Assembly (NCBI GenBank): GCA_951406725.2 | Contig: OX597817.1 | Coordinates: 123,504,001-123,568,000, forward strand | Origin: Octopus vulgaris | Taxonomy: Eukaryota | Direction of reading: 5' to 3' | Length of the DNA stretch: 64,000 bases | Shown here: positions 28,696 through 42,462 of the stretch, piece by piece | How the letters are laid out: each line of letters begins with the position of its first letter | How positions within the stretch are numbered: position 1 is the stretch's first letter | Program-made: the position numbers and the translations under genes | The notes under the pieces: model-generated | What the model saw: only the letters and a program-made list of their open reading frames with translations | Database searches by the model: none | What the model was told of the DNA's origin: nothing

Positions 28696-29337
28696 TTTCA
28701 ACGTTTTTTTTTTCTAATATTAGGATTGAAGTTAGCGGTAATGAAATGATCAGAAATCAAATTACCTAGAATCATATATGTGTGTGCGCGCGCGTGTGTG
28801 ACGTAACCATTACTGTTTCAAGCATCAGCAATCAATAAGATCAAATACTATTCTGCTGTAGGCCCTGATAGATTCCCCGCTAATGTTCTGAAGAATATAG
28901 ACACTACTTGCAGAGTTTACAGGTGTGTGACGAAAGATTTCCTGACAATGGACATAAAATAAAATAAAAGACAATAATAAACGAGTGAAGAACGAATATA
29001 TAGTGCGTGTGTTTCTTTGACAAGAAGGAAAATGACCACCCCGAAATATAACAATATCTGTTTGAATACACGATTTCCCATCAAGAATCTTGCAAAACAA
29101 GATTCTTAAACGTGTATGTGTAGTATACATGTGTATGTGTGTGTGTGCGTGTGCGTGTGTGTCTGTGTGTGTATACTGACATGTGTATATTTAGATGTAT
29201 AAATGTACCTATACATATTTGGAGGAATTAAAGCAATTGATACTTTATTCGAGAAGCCCTTATAGAGGGTAACAATATATGGTTATTTGTGGCTATTTAC
29301 ATTCAGTGTAATACAGAATATAAATATGTATACACGT

Positions 29338-29528
29338 ATATCGTTAGCCACTCCACACATTTTTTTCTCTCCTTGTTTCTCTTCTTGTTTTCTGTGCCCC
29401 TTTCTGTAGAAGAGCGTAGGCTCGAAACGTAAAAGACTTTTTCTATTCCTGAGCATTATACTAATACATCTGTTTGTTTTGTACACCACCTGTCTTCGTC
29501 TTTTGTTGTTTTTTCGTAAACTCTCACT

Positions 29529-29530
<2 letters not shown>
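29338..29530 (+). mobile_element. Penelope-like terminal-repeat fragment, hammerhead-like motif at 29400-29435
   Basis: cttt-CTGTAGA-a-gagc gtag gctc-GAAA-cg-TA-aaag. Ends in (TA)n. Confidence 0.65.
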
Positions 29531-29563
<33 letters not shown>

Positions 29564-31619
29564 CATAAATATCTATCTATTGATATGTTTGTGCATTTAC
29601 ATGCACACATACATACATAGTACGTACGTACATACATACATACATACATACATACATACATACATACATACATACATACATACATACATACATACATACA
29701 TACATACTCATGTCAATCTTTTCGTGAACATTTATATTTGTATTTCATAGATCTGAAACAGAAAATGAAATAAAGAATCTCCTGAATTCCATTTTCTGTG
29801 TCTGATCTATTTGTATAAACTCAACAGACACCAAGGAATTCTCGAGTAAATCCGGTAGCATAATCATTACTACCGACGTTGATATCAGATAGCCAACAAC
29901 TGTGGACGTGCTTTATACAGCATCGAGCAAAGCTCATACCCGAGTCTAAGTATAATTCTAAGTATTTGTATTTATATATGATGTATCAATGTGTCCATCC
30001 ATATTTACATACATATACAAATAGACAGATAGATATGCCTTCATACATACATATACAGGTATATATGCGTAAGGAAGTGTGTGTGAATATATGAATAAAT
30101 ACATAATTTCATAAGAGATTATCCTAAAGCCAATATGATATATTCATATTCTACCTCCACTCTTCTTGTACTTTCCATAAATGTCAAGCAACAAACCTTT
30201 ATAGACAACAACATCGGAACCTATTCTATTGTATGACATAAGTGCTCAGCGTTACATTAAATAGAGAGAAACATTTCCGCAAACACTCCAGCACCAGGAA
30301 CAAAAATTTGAAAGATAAAAAAAATATTAAAAAATATAAATGAATAAAAAATATGATAGTCATATTTAAATAGCCAGCAGGTGATAGATGAAAATAAAAG
30401 TAAATAAAAACAGGTGGAGGATTGCTAATTTATCTTGAAGATGTGCCAATACCGATATTGACATCGTGAAAAAGTAACTGGTTTCTATAAATAATATGGA
30501 AACTGAAAAAAAGTTGTAAAATATGAAACGTGTGTGTGAGTGCCTGGGTACACACACACACACACACCCACATACACACATATATATATATATGTAATAC
30601 ATGTATATATATGTGTTTTTAGATGCATATACATTTACATATATGCACACATATAGATATATACACAAACGTGTATATATTTATATACATATATATGTGT
30701 GTAGTTATCTATATATGCATATATTTATGAATATATGCATATCGGTTTATATATATATATGTGCGTGAGTGTGTGTGCATGTATATGTGTGTGTATACTG
30801 ATATACAATTTATTCACTTATATTTCATAGACACACATACTTACACATACATGCAGGCATACATATATATGTACATACATATTAATACATACATACATAC
30901 ATACATACATACATACATACATACATACATACATACATACATACATGCACGCATACGTACGTTCGGAGGTTTATACATATATTCTCGAGAATAGTTTCGG
31001 AGTTTACAAAGATAGTTGCTAGGGGGTGGTTCTACGAATGAAAGGCTACATTTTTGTTGCGTCTGGTTTAACTTCAGTAACTGTCAAAAGTATTCATGCT
31101 CTCTTTACTCAGCCTGCAGTGCTAGGAGCAAAAAGATAAAGATGAGAGTGCAAGAAAGGACATTGCGTTGAAAATATGCTGTCAGTAGTTACAATAATGA
31201 AGTCAAAAACGAATGGGGAAGGAAAGACGTTAATGAATTATAAAGACTGACTTCGTTTTAACACTCTTTTTGTGTGCTTACACTTTCCTTCAATCTTTAC
31301 TTTTCTTTTTCTTTTCTTTACACCCATGCCTTATTCAAAGCGCAGTGCTACCGTTCAATCGTTTAGAAGAATTTTTTTCTCTTTCTCTTTGCTCTGACGA
31401 AGTGCTTTGCCTTAAACATCATTACTCTCATTGCAGTATATCATCTATTGTATGTTCAAATATTACTTTTTTTTTACCAATGCATACCATAATTAGTTAC
31501 CTTTTATTTGTTGTTCTGTTTAAATTTCAGTGAATATCACGTACATATATATTTATTTATGTGTGTTTGTATGTACACACATGTATGTATGTATGTATGT
31601 CTCAATGTATGTATAAACA

Positions 31620-31850
31620 TTTCTTTATTGCCCACAAGGGGCTAAACACAGAGGGGACAATCAAGGACAGACAAACGGATTAAGTCGATTATATCGACCC
31701 CAGTACGTAACTGGTACTTATTTAATCGACCCCGAAAGGATGAAAGGCAAAGTCGACTTCGGCGGAATTTGAACTTAGTACGTAACGGCAGACAAAATAC
31801 CGCTAAGCATTTCGCCCGGCGTGCAAAAGATCCTGCTAGCTCGCCGCCTT
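31620..31850 (-). mobile_element. SINE family B, full length
   Basis: Near-identical to 12866-13094. Confidence 0.9.
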
Positions 31851-32119
31851 ATCTCAACATATGTGTATATATCTATATATATATATATCTTGAAAAAGAT
31901 ATGCACCAAGTATGGCCTATGGTTGTAAGTATCAACTAGGATATTTCGGTTCTGTACACAGGGAAAAACCAAGCCTAAGATTATTTAGCGCCATGAGGCT
32001 GGTCTAAACTACACGTTACGTTGCATAGTACGTTGTTGGTATACTCTAGGGTACCGACAAGTCGTAAATTTCCTTGGTGTATTATAATCAAATAATAACA
32101 AACGATGGATAATTGTCAG

Positions 32120-32205
32120 CTCATTACAACTGTTTCTTACGCATCTTTTTAAATAGAAGACTGACAGCATTACTCCATTACAAAAAACCGTAATCATCAG
32201 ATGAA
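32120..32205 (-). ncRNA. Type I hammerhead ribozyme motif with canonical core
   Basis: Minus strand reads ttcat-CTGATGA-ttacg-(~47 nt)-cgtaa-GAAA-cagttg-TA-atgag. Stems I and II pair, and stem III is near-palindromic. Confidence 0.72.
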
Positions 32206-33030
32206 ACGTAGTCTTACAAGCAAAACACTATCTCAAGACTACAGCAGGGATGTGGCTGAAGTCCGTCGAGACCAACTAAGAAATGGGAGAATGACCGACA
32301 AAGTTGACCGTTGAAGTTAAGACTATAGTTCATGAAAGTCTGTAATATGATATCTAAGGTCAGCAACCTGGCTGAGATAGAAGTCTGCTAAACTGGTTCT
32401 CAGGTAGGTTGAAGTGGACTGTAGGTGATATTTTATTAAAGTAGGCTTAGAGCAGTGGGTAGCCAGCAGAGGATCTGTTATAAATTAAGGATAAAGAAAG
32501 AAAGAATAAAGAAAGCAAAAGTAAGAGCGAAGAAAAATAAAAGCATGCAAGCCAATTACGCATAGAGTTGGAGTTTAGGATTCGCTAGCAAAGACTAAAG
32601 GACAAAGGGAGGAGGGCAGAGATACATAGAATTTATGGGTATTCTGTGGACATTGGTTGAAAGTTCGGGGAGGATACAAAGGCAATAGCATAATATCTTC
32701 TATGGGACTGTAATGTTAAGCGTGAAGAGGAAAGATACAGAATGTTGTTTTAGATTAGAAAATGTAAATGGGTTCGTGGGGACCACTTGTAATAATAGGA
32801 CATGTTTGCCTGGAGAGGGAAAAGCTGGTATTAATAGTACAGTACTACTTATCACTAAGGAGTTTAAAGAAGGGTGGGATTATATAATAATCGGATGCGC
32901 AACGAGCCGTGTAAGCGTTGATTTGTGGGTTCGATTCTGGTCAGAGTAAGCTCGTCATTTTTCAGTCAATTGTTTACATACAATTCGGAGTATATATATT
33001 ACTATTATGATATATTGTATAGTTATTATA

Positions 33031-33098
<68 letters not shown>

Positions 33099-33449
33099 TG
33101 TGTGTGTCTGTGTTTATACGTGTATATAAATACACGAACACACTCATAAATATAAGCCTTTTATCAAACATTGGTTATATAAATTATAGAGAAAACATGC
33201 GACTCTTTAACCAAAGAATCTTAATTTCGATATAGTTGATCCAGTCTCATTAAGAACAATGCATACTTTCTCATTTAAATACTGCATGTCACTTAGTTGT
33301 TATACTGAGTTTCTCGCCTACTTGAGTACGTTAGGCAAAACACAAATCGCTGGATTCGAACACCATCCTCATATATAACTATATGTATGCATATATGTAC
33401 GTGTGTTCTTTTGTGCTTTTAACGAATTGAATTCTTACAGTATCAAAGG

Positions 33450-35100
33450 TGCATGTTTCTAACATAAATATAAATATAAAGCTCACCCGTTGAAATTTTT
33501 CACGTTAATTTGAGAAAATTCTTGCACATTTTTACTCTTCTGCTTACAAATTTTCTGGTTGTTTCTTGATGTGAAATCTCTAACTTTTCCAGATTATGTC
33601 TTAGGAGGTATTTACTAACAGGAGCATGGGCATTTATTATTATTGGGTTGTATGTGAATTTATTACCTGGAGTTCAAAGATGAAACTCTTAAAGCGGTTC
33701 TCAATAATTATCCTCTTTCCCGTTGATATATGAAGAGATATTCAAATCAGCAGGGCAGCTGAACTCTCTGACGGTATATACCTTTCTTGTCTGTTCTAAA
33801 CAATTATATCCAGTCTGTTGTTTGCACTTCATAGACGTTTATATGATATATTTTTATCGTTAACTACTCATCAGTTGTAGTCTTTGTGTAGAACAGTAGA
33901 GGCAGAGAAATCGGTGATATAAGCTCGATGTCTTAAGCACTGATTTTCTATGTTCAGTCATCAAATACAAGTAGATCTTTGAGTCAAGTTCCATTCCTCG
34001 GTCAACTGAAAATGCTGTTATTAACCCTAGCTGATATTTGTTTTGGCATCATTAACAAGTTTGATATAAATCATAAGTTATCCGGAAAGAAATGATCAAT
34101 CACATTGGTTTCTCTAGCGGATGCAGACCCAGCATTCAGCCACTGGAATTTTGTAAAAGAAATGATAACGAATTTGATGTCAAAATAAACAGAATTTTAG
34201 TAAGACTATCTCCTTGGAATATTCCCTTTGAAATATTTATAGCATCGGATGCAATCGTTCCGCTCTCAGTTTTAAATGTAAAGATTGTTTCCTAGGTCTT
34301 CGTAAGCCTCCCAAACGATTTACTAATGTGGCAATTACTTTTGCCAAGTGTAGGGATTCAGCAACCAGGAGTAGAGGATAGAAACGAATGTATCCTGTAA
34401 TCAAGCCATGCTGTTGCAAGGTTTCTGAGGTATTTTATTACTCTGGACAGCACAGCTTAGTTTATCAAAATGTTAGTCGGCACATCCCCACGCACTTCTC
34501 TCAACCTGTTTGCTCATCAGTCACTGCGTTGTTGGATTCACTATGATCCTGAAGGAATAGGCAGAAACTGCTCATGTAAAGACTGTACACAATCTTCTGG
34601 CCACAACATTCGTCAGGTCTTTAGCTGACCAATTTGGTAAGTCATTCTGGCCTACAGTCGTTATTTTGAATATACATATTAAAATTTTTCTGCGGGTCAG
34701 GTGTCCGACTATCAGATCTCTTCCAAGTGCCTTCCCAGTATGTAGCTTGCCTACAGCTATGGGGAAAGTTTCAGTTTTAATTGTGTATGTTTTACTGTCG
34801 ATATCCGTACAGTATTTTTATCTTTTCTGTTTTGCCCACGATGTCTTCAGCTTGAAATCTCTCTTAACGTCCCAGATTTTAGACCAGAATGACAGAAGAT
34901 CTTTCTGGGTAGGGGCTTTCTAATGGTAACTTTTTTTCTTCCCTATCTCCAATGCCTGTGTATTGTAAGAAAACTTGATTCAAACTGGCTCGCTCGGATA
35001 TTTTTCCACAGTGACAATATTTTCGCCCAGCGTTTTGAATTCGCGCTATAAAGTATTTTAGCTTTCTCTTAAGATCCATGCATGAAAAGTCATTGCAGTA
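33450..35100 (-). pseudogene. Highly decayed R4/Dong-like reverse transcriptase region
   Basis: Scattered motifs in the expected order on the minus strand: FWSKIW, LPNWSA..PD, MA*.DYR..SWL.ESLHLAKV and GIY. Many stops and frameshifts. Confidence 0.5.
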
Positions 35101-35675
35101 TATTGTTACTTTTTGCACAAGAAGTAATTGGTGAGGTATAAACACATTATTCCCCTTACATTTCATTATCGTGATTGACTAACCTAGATGGCAGTACAGG
35201 TAGTTGATGCTTTTTTCAAGTCTAATTTTCCATTTGGGTTGCTTCCGTTTAGTAATTTCATTAGCGCGTGCCATGTAGGTTTCTCCTAGGTGTTCTTCAA
35301 GAGTAAAAGAATAATGACAGCTGTGTATAGGAAAGTATTTATAGTCCTGTAATTAACATCACATTAACCATGAGCTCTGAAGCAAAATAATCGATAACAT
35401 ATAAGGAAGAGAGAGCAGTTGGCTATTTCTTAAGAATGGACTGTCCCTTAGCAACAGCTTAGAAAAACAGGGAGAAATTTTACGAAGTGAAGTTTTAATA
35501 TATTTTAAAATATGTCGAATCAGTAACATGTGGAGATATACAAAAGTCTAGTGATGGTCACAAAGATTTAGTTACATTATCTTCCTCCTCTCTTATGGCA
35601 GAGTTTTGGCTGGTTCTTAATGATTCGAGAAAATCGATTACCATAGTGAGACTTGTAACAATATTCATTCATTGA

Positions 35676-35700
35676 TTCATCATCATCATCATCATCATCA

Positions 35701-35795
<95 letters not shown>

Positions 35796-35816
35796 AATAA
35801 TAATAATAATAATAAT
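35676..35816. repeat. (CAT)n-(TAT)n-(TAA)n compound microsatellite
   Basis: Directly visible. Confidence 0.97.
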
Positions 35817-35821
35817 TTTCG

Positions 35822-36030
35822 AAGGCAGCGAGCTGGCAGAAACGTTAGCACGCCGGGCGAAATGCTTAGCGGTATTTCGTGTGTCTTTATGTTCTGAGTT
35901 CAAATTCCGCCGAGGTCGACTTTGCCGTTTATCCTCTCGGGGTCGATAAATTAAGTACCAGTTACACACTGGAGTTGATCTAATCAACTGCCCCCCCCCC
36001 GCAAAAAAAATGTTGGGCCTTTTGCCTAGA
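35822..36030 (+). mobile_element. SINE family B
   Basis: aaggcagcgagctggcagaaacgttagcacgccgggcgaaatgcttagcgg..gagttcaaattccgccgaggtcgac. Confidence 0.9.
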
Positions 36031-36360
36031 TTATAAAATTATTACTATTCGGTAGTTATATTTTTATTATTTGCTTCCACTGTACTGCCGAGCGCAGCTC
36101 TGTGTTCCTAAGGTGTGTGGTGTGGTCTGTTTTAATACTATTTTTTCTGTATAAATATATAATTCCTAAGTCCTGATGTTTTGGTATTGTATTTGTATCT
36201 ATTCTTTTTTAACCATGTCTAATGCACCTATTGTTTTCGGGATTATTTATATCTTTAAGCCCCACATTCTGGTTATATCTATTTCTAGATCATTGTATTT
36301 CGAGAGTTTCTCAGTTTTACAAAGAAAGAAGTTCATTGCCGAAGATGTTTTACAGCAAAA

Positions 36361-37355
36361 TATTGGGTTGTCTGGAAAGTTCGTGCCGATTTTTAAAGGA
36401 AAGAAAAAGGTCAATAAATACTTGCCGTTACATTTTTAATCAACCAGATATACTCTTTACTCTTTTACTCTTTTACTTGTTTCAGTCATTTGACTGCGGC
36501 CATGCTGGAGCACCGCCTTTAATCGAGCAACTCGACTCCGGGACTTATTCTTTGTAAACCCAGTACTTATTATATCGGTCTATTTTGCCGAACCGCTAAG
36601 TGACGGGGACATAAACACACCAGCATCGCTTGTCAAGCAATGCTAGGGGGACAAACACAGACACACAAACATACACGCACATATATATATATATATGTAT
36701 ACATACATACGACGGGCTTCTTTCAGTTTCCGTCTACCAAATCCATTCACAAGGCTTTGGTCGGCCCGAGGCTATAGTAGAAGACACTTGCCCAAGATGC
36801 CACGCAGTGGGACTGAACCCAGAACCATGTGGTTGGTAAACAAGCTACTTACCACACTCCTGCGCCTATAGCCACTCCTGCGCCTTTTGTTGCACAATGT
36901 GTCTTCATCTTTCCTTTAACTTGAAAATACCCTCTTCCCAGAATTGAGGTGGTTTCATGGCAAATAATTCATCAAGGTATCTTTTTACGTCATCCAAGGA
37001 ATTGAAATTTTTACCATTAAAACTATTCTCCAGAGACCTGCATAAGTGGAAATCCGAAGGAGCAACATCTGGTGAATATGAGGGGGGTGTAACACATCAC
37101 AGCCGAGCTGCAGCAATTTTTCTCTGGCTCCCAAAGCATCAATTGTCGAAAGTGAACTTTCTTATTTTCCAATTTAAAGGGTTACAAAATTAACACAGGT
37201 TATAGGAACATAAATTTTATTCCACGAAAAGATAGCTTAAACTCTGCTCTAAATGGAGGCGTAGTCAAATCCTATTTTATGGACTTAACTATGTTCTAAA
37301 ATAAGTCGAATTGTAAGCTACATAAATCGGCACGAACTTTCCGGACAACCCAATA
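36361..37355 (-). mobile_element. Internally deleted mariner transposon interrupted by a SINE
   Basis: ~30-bp TIRs ttgggttgtctggaaagttcgtgccgattt / aaatcggcacgaactttccggacaacccaa with a TA TSD. The minus strand encodes YSPDVAPSDFHLCRSLENSFNGKNFNSLDDVKRYLDELFA. Confidence 0.92.
36463..36886 (-). mobile_element. tRNA-derived SINE family A, full length
   Basis: Minus-strand head ggcgcaggagtg..ggtaagtagcttg..ggttcagtccc, an internal CA/TA microsatellite and an A-rich tail. Confidence 0.9.
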
Positions 37356-37514
37356 GTTTAAATTTGGACGAATTTCGTACCAGTTTTATTTTAGCTGCTT
37401 TACATAGCCGATAGAAAAATCATCTCGAAATTTTTCTTAGTATCGAATTAAACCTTGATTTAAATGTAAAAACTAAATGAAGAAAGTGTATGTTCGTCGT
37501 CTTAAATAACTTAC

Positions 37515-37727
37515 TGGTGTCATACAACCGCTTGTGTTGGTAAAGTTGTTTGTATTGTTATCAATGTCAACTATGGTCGTAAAAGCGAAACAGCTCGTGG
37601 TACAAGACGTATTTTGTAATCTGGCCTGAATAACGCCAAGTTGATTAGTAAATGGTGTTTCCAAGCGAAGAAATAAACTAGTTACTGATTTGTGCTGGCT
37701 GAGTCGGTACAATTGTAAAAGAAAACG
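37515..37727 (-). other. Candidate isolated exon (213 nt, open frame, phase 0/0)
   Basis: Acceptor ttttacag| and donor cca|gtaagt enclose a 71-codon stop-free frame. No recognisable homology. Confidence 0.25.
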
Positions 37728-37800
37728 CTGTAAAAGTCGCTTTTAAACAGTCTTTTGACAGCACCATGTTTTATGCATCCTGTGTGTGTATATATATAGT

Positions 37801-38080
37801 TATACCATCCAGCCCATGGCTGCTTTGACAAGCCTCTCATCTGGCAGTTTTAGTATGTGTTCGGCCATTCTCATTCACCGTTCGGCGTAGAACCTTCAAA
37901 GAAGACCTACGCAGACTGAGCATCACCTGGGAAGAAGCATACCAGTTGGCCTGAGACGGAAATAATTGGCAATTGCTGACTGCCCAATGTGCGGCTCAAA
38001 GACACCAACGGACCGAAGAAGAAGAAGAAGAAGAAGAAGAAGAAGAAGAAGAAGAAGAAGAAGAAGAAGAAGAAGAAGAA
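37801..38080 (+). mobile_element. RTE-like LINE 3' end with inverted 5' segment and (GAA)n tail
   Basis: Plus strand RRTFKEDLRRLSITWEEAYQLA..W, then (GAA)n. Minus strand 37801-37878 reads RMRMAEHILKLPDERLVKAAMGW. Confidence 0.75.
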
Positions 38081-38214
38081 AAAAGAAGAAGAATATATCT
38101 ATATATACATATAATTGATAAAAAAGAAAATGAAGAAAACACAAGAAAAACAACAATGCGAAGATGTGGCACATGCAAAGTATTAGCAGACGCTCAGGGA
38201 AGGAAAGAAAGGTA

Positions 38215-38249
38215 GTTTTACATTTCGAGCAAAGCTCTTCGTCAGAAAC
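38215..38249 (-). ncRNA. Minimal type I hammerhead motif (Penelope-like)
   Basis: Minus strand reads gttt-CTGACGA-a-gagc ttt gctc-GAAA-tg-TA-aaac. Confidence 0.75.
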
Positions 38250-38313
38250 AAGAGACGGAGGAAAATCCAAGAGAAAAGGAAGACAGGAAAATTCGCCAAC
38301 GATCCACATGTAG

Positions 38314-38371
<58 letters not shown>

Positions 38372-38387
38372 GTGTATATATAAAGTG

Positions 38388-38630
38388 CTTTCAATTCCTA
38401 GACCGGGTGGTGCGTTGTGTTCTTGAGCAAAACACTTCATCTCACGTTGCTCTGCAATCATTTCGACACCTGATGCATGTTACACCGTGCACTGTTCAGA
38501 CAACGTTGATTTGATAAAGAGAGTTAGTTAATGTGCGGCGCGAACATTTGATCATTATAAACAAATCATTTGTGCCGGCCGTTCGGCAAAAGCTGAACAC
38601 AGATGCGCCGACTTCGACTCGAGAGTCCAT
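38388..38630 (+). mobile_element. Diverged SINE (5' truncated)
   Basis: ttcaattcctagaccgg..ttgtgttcttgagcaaaacacttcatctcacgttgctc, related to 39010-39330. Confidence 0.55.
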
Positions 38631-38824
38631 CTGTAAGATAGTTAGGCAAGCATTCGTAGGTTGGTATTTAAAAGTAGGAGAAAGGAAATAATCTGTACTT
38701 ACAGCAGATTTCTTTAATTTATTTGAAGCTGACGTTTCCTTTCATTACTACTTTGTGTTTTCTTTATTCTAAAAGTAATTGACTTAAGAAAGATCTACAT
38801 GACGCAAAAATACTCTAGAGAATG

Positions 38825-38856
<32 letters not shown>

Positions 38857-39009
38857 ATGCGATGGTAATGATGATGATGATGATTTCTAGTGCTGACATT
38901 AGATAATTGTAAAACGGTTCTTTTCATCTCAGACCAAATGTCCCCCTGGAGAAAAATAATATTCATAACTCTCAGCTGGCAGCCTTTTCTACTAGCCATA
39001 TTTTATGAG

Positions 39010-39330
39010 CAGCCACATAGCTTAGTCGCCAAGGCATTTTAGCTTACTATCATAAATTCGATTCCTGGCGGCTCTTTGTGTCCTTGAGTAAGGCACTTTA
39101 TTTCTCGTTGTCCCAGTTCAGTCGGCAGACAAAAACGAGTTACACGCGTAATTGAAATAGCCAGCCTTGTAACACTCTGTGTCGTGCTGAGTCTCTCTAA
39201 GAACTACGTTAAGGATATGCGTATCTATGGAAGTTCTCAGTCAGTACACGTTAACTTCATGAGCAAGTTGTTTTATCGATCGATCAACTGGAACCCTATT
39301 TGCCATAACCATTTGAGAGCCAGGCATTTT
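39010..39330 (+). mobile_element. Diverged tRNA-derived SINE
   Basis: ttcgattcctggc..tgtgtccttgagtaaggcactttatttc. The body segment matches the reverse complement of about 25780-25850. Confidence 0.6.
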
Positions 39331-41143
39331 ATAGCTAATACTGAAAAGAAACTTCTTCAGGAGATATTTATAAAATAATGAGAAACAAAATTACTACTGT
39401 AATTATAGAAGTCAATCTATATGAATAAGCATGCTAGAGTGAGCAGTGGAAATTTCTGAATTATGTTTCTCTTCAGGTAAAGTGCAAACCACCTAACCAG
39501 AATATGAAATAACGCATGACATAACTTTGAAATAAATTTTAACTAACTTGCATGATGACTGAACAATGAAAATCGGAATTGAATTTTCAAAACATTTGAA
39601 AACATATTCTATAAGTAATTGGCTTAGGATTAATTTTCATAGATCAAAATGAATCCTAAAAATATATGCAGTGAAACCCAGCTCTAACATTGCTTAATTG
39701 CTCAAATTGTTCTCAGTTTATCTTACTGAAATGTCTGCCCATTAATCATTACATCCATAATTCTTGACAGTTATCTTTTTCTTCGTGCTAAGAAATGTTT
39801 ATGGTTAAAAATGGAATGATGCTTCTTCATAGAATAGTGGAGAAAGTGCTAGAGGCAAAATTACTAGTGTCTTTATTCACTTCTCCTTACAGTTTATGGG
39901 TAATTACATTATAGTTTTAATCTGATATTTCCATACTTCCAGATTTTCTTTACTGAATCAAATATAGTGTTGTAATCTGGTTAGGTTCTTTAATTTAGCC
40001 GCCAATAACTCAACTGTGAAGTAACTATTGAACTAGTTTGTCAGTCAGGCAAACTGATTTATATCCTTTGCACATGACGCTATTGTTACATATTGAAGTT
40101 AGAATTAAACCTAAGGCCATATGGTCAGTAGTCCTGCATCATAGCCACAATACTGTTATTGTCTTTAGTGTTGTTTAGCTTGTCTGAGCTGATGGAAATG
40201 ACTTATGGTCAAATGTGACCTACTGCCTTGAGAAAGGAAGGACAATATGTAATTTAATCTCTGATAATTACCAGGAGACAGTCATGGCTGGAATGCTTTA
40301 CATCTCAGCCCTGTTTTGTTTAGGCTGTTCTGAGGATGAACAACAACAACAATATCAACAATGTTTACATTTAATGAAATACTTATCCATAATTACCGTT
40401 TTCCTTTCCTTTTCAGAAACTAATCATGATCTTTTAGTATCCAAGAAAGATCACAATCCCAGTGTTCTTATCAATGTGGAAATGTTTGGGATTTGGAAAG
40501 ATAAATTGGGGCATAGTTACCATGCAGTGAACTATTGCCAAAATGAGTATATGAAAGAGTGAGACTAGTACCACAAATTGATGAAATAGAAATATTCCTG
40601 TGGTCTATTTACAGTAAGGTAGACCACGCAGGTAAGAGTTAAGTGTATAATTAGTGATAGATAAACACAGCACCAGTAAATTCTCATCCTTTAATTGGTT
40701 ACTTTGCAATCAGTTGTCTCTTAGCTAATTACAACTCTTTCATACTTCTTGCTTTAACAAAAACCTAAAACAAAATATAATAAACATGATTATCGCTGGC
40801 AAAGATTTATAAAGACTTTAAAGACTGAATTCACTCAACACAAATATTTGAATCAGTTGTATCAGTATCAGAAAAATTTATTCATTTTTATTTTATTTCT
40901 AATAAAATTTGTATGCAACAATTCTACTCAGAAAGATAAGGCATACACAACGATATCTCAGAGGAAAACATAGAAAAACATGATATCCAGTGGATTAAAA
41001 AATCATACAAATGTTATTATAAAAGAGATAAAATAAAAGTACACTTCATGGTTAAATGCAACAGTTTATTGCATTCATTATTATAGCTGTTGTTGTTGTT
41101 AATGTTATTGTAGCGGTTATTGCCAATGCTACTATTGTTATTT

Positions 41144-41176
<33 letters not shown>

Positions 41177-41795
41177 ATGGTAGAGGTGGTGGTGGTAGTA
41201 GTGGTTGGCTAAATTTGTTTTCGTGTTATTGACCTTGTATATGTATAATGGTTAATAAGAAAGGAATTGCGCGGTCATGAGTGGGACGATTTGGCTCTTG
41301 ATCAAAACAGTTTGGGGCAAAGAGCCATTAAGTGACTTAAAACTATATTTATAGCTGTGCACATAAAAACACCAGAAGCACTATTAGGCAGTGTTTGTAG
41401 GTTTTTACAACTATTATTTAAAGTAAATATATATTAATATAATTGGAGCAAACAGAATATAATTTGATGAAAACTTCCCTAGAATCTAAAGAGGAAATAG
41501 AGGATGAAAACGATGACGAATACGCTGCTGATAATGACAATGATGAAGATGATGATGATGATGATCATCATCATCACCATCATCATCATATTTGGCACCA
41601 TGAAAGCGATATATAACTCACCCTGTGACTAATGGGAAGACCTATAAAATAAAATTAGTTATTAAAAGTAAATATTTAAACTTAAGCTATCTCATTATGA
41701 AAATAAAGAAAGGATACTTTAACATATATATATAAAAATATTATACAAATATATGTATGAATATAATCTATATATGTCTTTCTCTCTCTTGCTCC

Positions 41796-42076
<281 letters not shown>

Positions 42077-42340
42077 TATAATTTAGAACAAACAATTAAA
42101 TGTTTTCTTTATAGTACTCGGAGTTTTGAATGTCAGAGGTAAGAGCCACGATGCATTCGCGCCAGATATTAATGGCAACAGATGCTATGAAAAACTGTTG
42201 AATAAAAGGGAAGTTACTCTAATAGGAAGAAAAAGAAAAAAGAAAAGCGATAAAAAATACACGCAAGCATATTCTCATAATATATAGACATAAACCTCCT
42301 GTGTTCACAACGTCTACATATATACATGTATCTATCTATC

Positions 42341-42399
<59 letters not shown>

Positions 42400-42462
42400 T
42401 GACAGGGCGAGACTGCTAGGTAGTCGGCCGCATGCTAGAAATAGATCATCAACGATCAAACT
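42341..42462 (+). repeat. Left copy of the duplicated flank: (TA)n(TG)n plus the first ~64 bp of the MITE TIR
   Basis: Repeated at about 43388-43534 on the other side of the array. Confidence 0.85.
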
